Source: an uncultured Planctomycetales bacterium
GTDB taxonomy: Bacteria > Omnitrophota > Gorgyraeia > Gygaellales > Profunditerraquicolaceae
Direction: 5' to 3'
DNA: 41,698 nt
Assembly (NCBI GenBank): GCA_964487475.1
Contig: CAZAPM010000007.1
Location: 1 to 41,698 of the forward strand
Made by a program: the position numbers and the translations under genes. Position 1 is the first letter of the stretch. Each line of letters begins with the position of its first letter. This document shows, piece after piece, positions 19,471 through 26,337 of the stretch. A model generated the notes under the pieces. The model was not told the origin of the DNA and did no database searches. It worked only from the letters and a program-made list of their open reading frames with translations.

Positions 19471-20483
19471 TAATCGTCTTAAGGCCGGACGCGACCCAGG
19501 CACAGGTAGACCATATCATCGAGAAGGTCACGACCATCGGTTTGACCCCACATATCTCCAAGGGTACCGAGCGTACCATTATCGGGGTGATCGGTCCGGA
19601 GGACCTGCTGAGGGTGACCCCGCTGGAGGTGTTCCCCGGCGTTGAGACCGTCATGCCGGTGCTGGCTCCCTACAAGCTTGTGTCCAAAGAGTTTCGCAAG
19701 GAGCCTTCCGAGATCGATCTGGGCAAGGGTGCGAAGGTCGGGGGGAAGTCCGTCCTGGTCATGGCCGGCCCCTGCGCGATAGAAGACAGGGCGACGTTGC
19801 GCGAGATAGGTGCGGCGGTCAAGGCCGCCGGCGCCAAGGTATTGCGGGGAGGTGCGTTCAAACCCCGGACCTCGCCCTACAGTTTCCAGGGGCTGGGAGA
19901 AGAAGGCCTGAAGATGCTCAAGGATGTGGGGGACGAGCTGGGCATGGCCACGGTGACCGAGGTCATGGATACCCGGGACGTCGGGCTGGTGGCCAAGTAC
20001 GTCGACATGCTGCAGATCGGCGCGCGCAATATGCAGAACTTCAACCTGCTTAAGGAAGTGGGCAATACGAAGAAACCCGTGCTCCTGAAGCGAGGCCTTT
20101 CTTCCACCGTGAAAGAATTGCTCATGTCCGCCGAGTACATCCTGGCGGGCGGGAATTTCAATGTGGTGCTTTGCGAACGGGGTATCCGCACTTTCGAGGA
20201 TGCCACGCGCAATACGCTGGATATCAGCGCGATCCCGGTGGTCCGGGAGAGTTCCCATTTGCCGATGGTGGTCGATCCCAGCCATGCCGCGGGAAAGTGG
20301 GGGCTGGTGGCGCCTCTGGCGAAAGCGGCGGTGGCGGCGGGTGCGGACGGCCTGATCATCGAAGTGCACTGCCGTCCGGAGGATGCCAAGTCTGACGGCG
20401 CCCAGTCGTTGCTGCCGGAGCGTTTCTCCCGCCTGATGGATGAACTGCGCGTCATCGCGCGGACCGTAGGAAGAGACCTCTAA
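19467..20483 (+). CDS. aroF: DAHP synthase type I-beta with ferredoxin-like regulatory domain
   Basis: AGPCAIE, GGAFKPRTSPYSFQG, QIGARNMQN, LCERGIRTF, DPSH. Confidence 0.95.
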   Translation: MIIVLRPDATQAQVDHIIEKVTTIGLTPHISKGTERTIIGVIGPEDLLRVTPLEVFPGVETVMPVLAPYKLVSKEFRKEPSEIDLGKGAKVGGKSVLVMAGPCAIEDRATLREIGAAVKAAGAKVLRGGAFKPRTSPYSFQGLGEEGLKMLKDVGDELGMATVTEVMDTRDVGLVAKYVDMLQIGARNMQNFNLLKEVGNTKKPVLLKRGLSSTVKELLMSAEYILAGGNFNVVLCERGIRTFEDATRNTLDISAIPVVRESSHLPMVVDPSHAAGKWGLVAPLAKAAVAAGADGLIIEVHCRPEDAKSDGAQSLLPERFSRLMDELRVIARTVGRDL

Positions 20484-20484
20484 C

Positions 20485-21312
20485 ATGCCCATGTTCAAGA
20501 AAGCCGCGATCATCGGCACCGGCCTTATCGGCGGTTCGCTGGCGATGGCGCTCAAGAAGAAAAAGCTTTGCCGTCAGGTGGTGGGTGTCTGCCGTCACGA
20601 ATCGTCCGCAAAAAAAGCGGTGGCATCCGGAGTGCTTGACGAGGGGTCGACGTCCCTCGGAGTGGTGAACGGCGCCGATCTGGTGGTCCTGGCCGCACCC
20701 GTGCAGATGATCATCGAGACCGGCGAGCAGCTGGTGCCTCTGGTCCCGGCCGGTGCGCTGGTCACGGATGTGGGGAGCACCAAGAAACAGATCGTCCAAT
20801 CATTGCAGAAGCTCTTCCCGAATTTCGTGGGGTCGCACCCCATCGCGGGATCGGAAAAAAGGGGCAGCGCCTGGGCGGATGCCGATCTGTTCAAGGGTAA
20901 TCTTTGTGTCCTCACCCCGACTCCGCATACCAATCCGGTGGCGCTGGCGGCGGCCAGAAAGATGTGGCTGGGAGTGGGGGCGAAGGTGGCGGTGATGCCT
21001 TTGCCGTACCATGACCGGGTGTTCGGGTATGCCAGCCATCTGGCGCATGCGGCGGCGTTCTCCCTGATCGCCAGTATTCCGGAAGAGTATGCGAAGTTCT
21101 CGGGCGGCGGGCTTAAGGATACCACCCGCATCGCGGCATCCGATCCGGAAGTATGGGCGGATATTTTCATCAGCAATGCAGTCAACGTCCTGCCGGCATT
21201 GGACGGGTATGCGAAAAAGTGCGGGCAGCTGCGGGCGCTCATCGCGCAAAAAGACAAGAAGAAACTGATCCGCTTCCTCGCCCAGGCGCAACAGCGCCGG
21301 CTGGGCATATAA
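20485..21312 (+). CDS. tyrA: Prephenate/arogenate dehydrogenase
   Basis: GTGLIGGS, TDVGSTK, HPIAGSE, SHL, GLKDTTRIAASDP. Confidence 0.92.
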   Translation: MPMFKKAAIIGTGLIGGSLAMALKKKKLCRQVVGVCRHESSAKKAVASGVLDEGSTSLGVVNGADLVVLAAPVQMIIETGEQLVPLVPAGALVTDVGSTKKQIVQSLQKLFPNFVGSHPIAGSEKRGSAWADADLFKGNLCVLTPTPHTNPVALAAARKMWLGVGAKVAVMPLPYHDRVFGYASHLAHAAAFSLIASIPEEYAKFSGGGLKDTTRIAASDPEVWADIFISNAVNVLPALDGYAKKCGQLRALIAQKDKKKLIRFLAQAQQRRLGI

Positions 21313-21318
21313 TACACA

Positions 21319-21993
21319 ATGGTCATAGCGATCGACGGGCCCGCAGGCGCGGGCAAGAGCACGATTGCCAAGATCCTGGCAAAGAAGCTCGGGTTTTTGT
21401 ACATCGACACCGGGGCCATGTACCGGGCGCTTACCTTGAAAGCGCTGGAAACCGGGGTGCCGATCGAGGACCCGGAGAAGCTATTTGCCATGGCCCGGCG
21501 GACCGTGATCGACCTGCGGCCATTGCCTGACGGCTCTCTGGCCGTGCATATGGACGGGAGGGACGTTTCAAAGGAGATCCGTGAGCTGCGGGTAAGCGCG
21601 CGGGTATCCGATGTGGCGAAGGTGCGCGAGGTGCGGGAAGTGCTGGTCGAACTGCAGCGCAGGCTGGGCGCCCGCGCGGATGCGGTGCTGGACGGACGGG
21701 ATATCGGAAGCCATGTGTTCCCCGATGCCGCGTACAAGTTCTATCTGGATGCGGATGTGCGGGAGCGGGCGATGCGCCGTTTCAAGGAGCTTACCGCGGC
21801 AGGGACGCAGACCAGCCTGGAGGCGGTCGAGGCGGACGTGAAGAACCGCGACCGGATCGATTCTTCCCGGGAATTCGCCCCGCTGTGCCGGGCGAAGGAC
21901 GCACAGTACGTCGATACGACGTCATTGAACATCGAACAGGTGGTGGAGGTGCTGCTGCGCCGCATCACCGATTCAAAGGACAGGAATGGATAA
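21319..21993 (+). CDS. cmk: Cytidylate kinase
   Basis: IAIDGPAGAGKST, DTGAMYRA, DGRDIG, RDRIDSSR. Confidence 0.96.
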   Translation: MVIAIDGPAGAGKSTIAKILAKKLGFLYIDTGAMYRALTLKALETGVPIEDPEKLFAMARRTVIDLRPLPDGSLAVHMDGRDVSKEIRELRVSARVSDVAKVREVREVLVELQRRLGARADAVLDGRDIGSHVFPDAAYKFYLDADVRERAMRRFKELTAAGTQTSLEAVEADVKNRDRIDSSREFAPLCRAKDAQYVDTTSLNIEQVVEVLLRRITDSKDRNG

Positions 21994-23785
21994 GAGCAGG
22001 ATCAGGAATTTCAGTATCATCGCCCATATCGATCACGGCAAGTCGACCCTGGCCGACAGGATCCTCGAGGTCACCGGCGCGGTCGATATCCGTCATCGCG
22101 GGGCCCAGCTGCTGGATGATATGGACCTGGAGAAGGAGCGGGGCATCACCATCAAGGCTTCGATGGTCAGGCTTTCCTATACTTCCCAGAAGGACGGCAA
22201 GGAGTATGTGTTCAACCTGATCGATACTCCCGGCCACGTGGATTTCACCTACGAGGTCTCCAAATCCCTGGCGGCGTGCGAAGGGGCGATCCTGGTGGTC
22301 GATGCGGGGCAGGGGATCGAGGCGCAGACCGTGGCAAATTATTATCTGGCGATGGAGAATAACCTGCACGTCATCCCGGTGATGAACAAGATAGACTTAA
22401 GCTCCGCGGATGTGGAGCGCACCAAGCATCAGATCGTCAGCGTCCTGGGGTTCAAGGAGGAAGAGATCATCATGGCTTCCGCCAAGGAGGGCCGCGGCGT
22501 CCCCGAGATCCTGGAGCGGATCATCGAGGCGATCCCGGCGCCGAGCGGGGAGGAGGGCAATCCCCTGAAGTCCCTGGTATTCGACTGCCGTTTCGACGCC
22601 TATAAGGGTGTCGTGGTGTTCGTCAGGGTGGTGGACGGCATGATCACCCCCCAGACCCCGCTGAAGATGATGCACTCGGGAAGCATCTACAAGATCGAAG
22701 AGCTGGGGGTGTTCAAGAACCTCAAGTATGAGAAGGCGGACACGCTTACCTGCGGCGAGGTCGGATATTTCACCGCCAACATCCGCGACGCCCGCGAGAT
22801 CATCATCGGCGATACGGTCACGGACAATAAGAATCCGTGTAAAGAGGCGTTCCCCGGGTATCGCACCCTGAAACCGCTGGTGTACTGCGGCATCTATCCG
22901 GTCAACCCCAGCGATTTCCCCAATTTGCGCGACGCTATGGACAAGCTCAAGCTCTCCGACGCCTCGTTCGTGTACGAGCCGGAGAACTCCCAGTCCTTCG
23001 GGATGGGGTTCCGCTGCGGGTTCCTCGGGCTGCTGCACATGGAGATCGTCCAGGAGCGGCTGGAGCGCGAGTATGACCTCAACCTGATACTCACGGTGCC
23101 GAATGTCGTCTACCGCGTGCGCGCGCGGGGAGGGGATCTGGTGGAGGTGGATACGCCTGCGAGGCTGCCTTCGGCGCAGGATATCACCGAATCGCAGGAG
23201 CCTTTTGCCAGCCTCCTGATGATCATTCCGGTGGAGTCTATCGAGCTGGTGTGCGATTTCGTCAAGGCCCGGCGCGGGGTATTCAAGTCCAGCGAATATC
23301 TTTCGGAGGACAGGGTCAAGCTTACCTTCGAGATCCCCCTCTCCGAGATCATCGTCGATTTTTATGACCGGATCAAGTCCATGACCCGGGGGTACGGTTC
23401 CCTGGATTATGAGTTCCTCGATTACCGGCCCACGAAGCTGGTGAAGATGGACATCCTTTTGAACGGCAACATCTGCGATGCGTTTTCCACGCTTCTGGTC
23501 AAGGAGAAGGCCATGACCAAGGGGCATGCGCTGGTATCAAAACTTAAAGAGCTCATTCCGCGGCAGCTTTTCGAGGTCACGATCCAGGCGGCGGTCGGCA
23601 GCCAGATCCTGGCTTCCGAGCGTATCCGTTCCGTAGGCAAAGCGGTCACCGCGAAATGTTATGGTGGCGACATCACCCGTAAGCGCAAGCTTTGGGAAGA
23701 GCAGAAAAAAGGCAAGAAGCGGCTCAAGCAGTTCGGACAGGTGGAGATACCCCAGGAAGCATTTTTGGAGGTACTTAAAATATGA
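21986..23785 (+). CDS. lepA: Elongation factor 4
   Basis: IRNFSIIAHIDHGKSTLADR, DTPGHVDF, GFRCGFLGLLH, KCYGGDITRKRKL. Confidence 0.97.
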   Translation: MDKSRIRNFSIIAHIDHGKSTLADRILEVTGAVDIRHRGAQLLDDMDLEKERGITIKASMVRLSYTSQKDGKEYVFNLIDTPGHVDFTYEVSKSLAACEGAILVVDAGQGIEAQTVANYYLAMENNLHVIPVMNKIDLSSADVERTKHQIVSVLGFKEEEIIMASAKEGRGVPEILERIIEAIPAPSGEEGNPLKSLVFDCRFDAYKGVVVFVRVVDGMITPQTPLKMMHSGSIYKIEELGVFKNLKYEKADTLTCGEVGYFTANIRDAREIIIGDTVTDNKNPCKEAFPGYRTLKPLVYCGIYPVNPSDFPNLRDAMDKLKLSDASFVYEPENSQSFGMGFRCGFLGLLHMEIVQERLEREYDLNLILTVPNVVYRVRARGGDLVEVDTPARLPSAQDITESQEPFASLLMIIPVESIELVCDFVKARRGVFKSSEYLSEDRVKLTFEIPLSEIIVDFYDRIKSMTRGYGSLDYEFLDYRPTKLVKMDILLNGNICDAFSTLLVKEKAMTKGHALVSKLKELIPRQLFEVTIQAAVGSQILASERIRSVGKAVTAKCYGGDITRKRKLWEEQKKGKKRLKQFGQVEIPQEAFLEVLKI

Positions 23786-24393
23786 GCGATGCGACGCAGC
23801 AACCGGTAAGGAAGAGCGCCCGCCAGAGACGTCTCGCGGTGATTCGGGAATGGGTGGAGTCGATCGTCGTCGCGCTGCTCCTGGCGATGGTGATACGGGC
23901 ATTCGTGGTGCAGGCGTTCAAGATCCCCACGGGATCCATGCGCATGACGCTCCAGGAAGGGGATATCATCCTGGTCAATAAGTTCCTGTATGGGGCGCTG
24001 GTGCCTTTTACCGACCTTAGGCTGCCCAAGGTGCGCGATCCCCAGCGCGGGGACGTGATCGTGTTCATCTATCCGGAAAACCCGAAGAAGGATTTTATCA
24101 AGCGGCTCATCGGCCTGCCCGGGGACGTCATCGAGATCAAGAACGGCACCATTTTCGCCAACGGCAAGCCGGTGGACCATCCGGTGCTGCGGCAGATGTA
24201 TTATTATAATCGCGGGATGTTCGGGCAGGAGGGGCAGAAGATCACGGTGCCTCCGGATTCGTATTATGTGCTGGGGGATAATTCCCGTTCCTCGCAGGAC
24301 AGCCGGTACTGGGGTTTCGTGCCGAAGAAGAACGTGCTGGGAAAAGCGTTCATCATTTACTGGCCTTTGAACCGGATACAGCTGATCCAATAA
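23782..24393 (+). CDS. lepB: Signal peptidase I
   Basis: TM helix, IPTGSM (catalytic Ser), FIKRLIGLPGD (Lys), GDN..S.DSRYWG. Confidence 0.95.
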   Translation: MSDATQQPVRKSARQRRLAVIREWVESIVVALLLAMVIRAFVVQAFKIPTGSMRMTLQEGDIILVNKFLYGALVPFTDLRLPKVRDPQRGDVIVFIYPENPKKDFIKRLIGLPGDVIEIKNGTIFANGKPVDHPVLRQMYYYNRGMFGQEGQKITVPPDSYYVLGDNSRSSQDSRYWGFVPKKNVLGKAFIIYWPLNRIQLIQ

Positions 24394-24397
24394 GCGT

Positions 24398-24961
24398 ATG
24401 AACTTCGCCAATAAGATCTCCACGTTCCGGATACTGACCGTTCCTCTGTTCATCGCCACGTTGATCTATTATGTGCCGGGGAAGGAGCACCTGCGGTATT
24501 TGGCGTTGGGGATATTCATCCTGGCGGTGATCTCGGACGCGCTGGACGGCTACATCGCGCGCAAGTCGAAGATGCAGTCGGAGGCGGGGATGATCCTCGA
24601 TCCTTTGGGGGATAAGCTCCTGCTGATGAGCGCGTTCGTCTGCCTTTCCTTCGATAAGTTCCCGCTGCATTTCCCCCTGGGCGTGGTGCTGACCGTGATC
24701 AGCCGGGACGTGCTGATCCTTCTCGGGACGATCGTCATTTTCATCGTCAAACAGGACCTGGACATCTCGCCGACGCGGTGGGGGAAGCTGACCACCACCT
24801 TCCAGATGTCCGCGGCGATCGCCGTGCTGCTGCAGTGGACGCAGGGTGCTCCGGTGTTGTGGTGGAGCGCGGTGTTCTTTACCGTCATTTCGGGCGTGGA
24901 TTACGTGATGCGGGGGTTCAAAAAACTCTATGCTGTGGATATTCGCCGGAATACTCATTAG
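24398..24961 (+). CDS. pgsA: CDP-alcohol phosphatidyltransferase (PgsA-like)
   Basis: DALDGYIARK...GMILDPLGDK signature, WGKLTT. Confidence 0.85.
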   Translation: MNFANKISTFRILTVPLFIATLIYYVPGKEHLRYLALGIFILAVISDALDGYIARKSKMQSEAGMILDPLGDKLLLMSAFVCLSFDKFPLHFPLGVVLTVISRDVLILLGTIVIFIVKQDLDISPTRWGKLTTTFQMSAAIAVLLQWTQGAPVLWWSAVFFTVISGVDYVMRGFKKLYAVDIRRNTH

Positions 24962-25562
24962 TTATCTGCTCGGGGCGATCCCGACGGCGTATCTTTTCGG
25001 ACGCCTGCTCAAGGGGATCGATATCCGTGCGCACGGCTCGGGGAACGTGGGCGCGACCAATGCGCTGCGCGTGCTGGGCAAGGGGCCGGGGATCGCGGTG
25101 CTGCTGCTGGACGTGCTCAAGGGCGCGGTGGCGGTGGCGGTGATCGGTCCGATGGCCTCCGCGAGGATGCCTTCTTTCCCGCAGGACGTGTTGCTGGTGG
25201 TGTGCGGGGTGGTGGCGATATGCGGTCACAACTGGACGGTATTCCTGCAGTTCAAGGGGGGCAAGGGGGTGGCGACGTCCCTGGGGGTGCTGATCGGACT
25301 GGCGTTTCGCATCCCCGGAATGCCGCTGGTGATCCTGTGCGTGGTGGCGACGTGGGGCGTGGTTTTCCTGGCCAGCCGTTTTGTTTCCCTCGGATCGATC
25401 ATTGCGGCGGCAGCCCTTCCTATATATATCGCGTTGTTCGTGCAGTCGAAAGTGATCTTAGGCGCCGGGATCCTTCTGGCCCTGTTCGTGGTATTCCGGC
25501 ATCATGCCAACATCTCCCGACTTCTTCAAGGCAAAGAACCCCGCATTCAGGGACGCTCCTAA
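24930..25562 (+). CDS. plsY: Glycerol-3-phosphate acyltransferase
   Basis: YLLGAIP, GSGNVGATNALR, DVLKG, GHN...FKGGKGVAT, RHHANISRL..G.E. Confidence 0.95.
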   Translation: MLWIFAGILISYLLGAIPTAYLFGRLLKGIDIRAHGSGNVGATNALRVLGKGPGIAVLLLDVLKGAVAVAVIGPMASARMPSFPQDVLLVVCGVVAICGHNWTVFLQFKGGKGVATSLGVLIGLAFRIPGMPLVILCVVATWGVVFLASRFVSLGSIIAAAALPIYIALFVQSKVILGAGILLALFVVFRHHANISRLLQGKEPRIQGRS

Positions 25563-25721
25563 AGGGGACGCCCCCAAAGGGGACACCCCTCTTCCTGTTT
25601 TGAGCCAATAAAAAGTTTTATTTCTCATTTCCTGAAAAAATTTCCTCATTTTCACTCCTTATTCAGTTAAATTAGGCTCAGGGGTGTCCCTTTCAGGGGC
25701 GTCCCCTTTAGGAGCGTCCCT
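25549..25721. repeat. Inverted-arm repeat element, copy B (173 bp)
   Basis: 42-bp arms at 25549-25590 and 25680-25721 are reverse complements at 39/42 positions. Each arm holds three GGGACRCYCC units at a 15-bp period. AT-rich core 25591-25679 is 89 bp. Confidence 0.92.
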
Positions 25722-25756
25722 AAAGCAAACGCTTTCGAAAAAACCTCGTTTTACTC

Positions 25757-25785
25757 TTGAATGCCAATGAGTTACGAGACATACT
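25757..25785 (+). promoter_or_regulatory. Putative sigma70 promoter overlapped by a dyad
   Basis: TTGAAT-N17-CATACT. Imperfect dyad CTCGT..ACTC-TTG / CAA-GAGT..ACGAG at 25745-25778. Confidence 0.5.
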
Positions 25786-25790
25786 TTATC

Positions 25791-25869
25791 AAGCAAGACC
25801 CACCAGCCAGCAGTGAAGTGGGGCTGACGGGTTGCCGGATGATCATTAGATACGGCAACCCGTTTTTTT
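25791..25869 (+). promoter_or_regulatory. Candidate attenuator / riboswitch leader with intrinsic terminator
   Basis: 11-bp stem ACGGGTTGCCG 25827-37 / CGGCAACCCGT 25853-63, with a T run 25863-69. Upstream GCAAGACCC 25793-801 can pair with the 5' strand of this stem instead. Confidence 0.65.
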
Positions 25870-25885
25870 AAACCCTGAGGTTAAA

Positions 25886-26221
25886 ATGCGCGATCTGGTA
25901 TTCAAAAACCTGACTTCTGTCGAAAAACGGCGCAAGGTGATTGCCAGCAGCGAAGTGCTCGATAACAACGGCATTCACAGTGTGATCAACCGCCATTTTA
26001 TGTATATGGTCAGGGAAGTGGCGTGCGGTACGGAACTCCCTAAGCCCGAACCATATGTGCATGTGATCAAGGACCGCAATACCAAGGACCAGCGCGAAAG
26101 ATTTTTTTGCAAAATAAAAGGCGGGGTGTATGTGATGCACGAGGAAAAACTTTACCTGGTGAATTACATGCATACGCTGCGCATTCAGCTCACCGCAGCG
26201 ACGATGGGGGCGCAGGGGTAG
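25886..26221 (+). CDS. Hypothetical protein, 111 aa
   Basis: ATG with GAGG RBS, own promoter and terminator, natural amino-acid composition. No family recognised. Confidence 0.75.
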   Translation: MRDLVFKNLTSVEKRRKVIASSEVLDNNGIHSVINRHFMYMVREVACGTELPKPEPYVHVIKDRNTKDQRERFFCKIKGGVYVMHEEKLYLVNYMHTLRIQLTAATMGAQG

Positions 26222-26270
26222 AAACAGGGGGGTACAGGATATTGGTGCCCGCACATTGAGGATATACAGC

Positions 26271-26297
26271 ATCCGGTGGAAACGCCGGATTTTTTTT
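26271..26297 (+). terminator. Rho-independent terminator
   Basis: ATCCGGTG-GAAA-CGCCGGAT followed by a T run. Confidence 0.8.
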
Positions 26298-26298
26298 G

Positions 26299-26326
26299 TT
26301 GACATGCCGCGAAATCTTTTTATAAT
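26299..26326 (+). promoter_or_regulatory. Consensus sigma70 promoter for the 905-aa gene
   Basis: TTGACA-N16-TATAAT, ending 11 nt before the ATG. Confidence 0.75.
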
Positions 26327-26337
26327 AAGAAGCGGCA

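Noticed and set aside
25724..25837. Canonical c-di-GMP-I riboswitch
   Set aside because: GCAAAC..GAAA at 25725-40 does not form a proper P2 stem and is too far from the P3-like part. Kept only as an unclassified leader.
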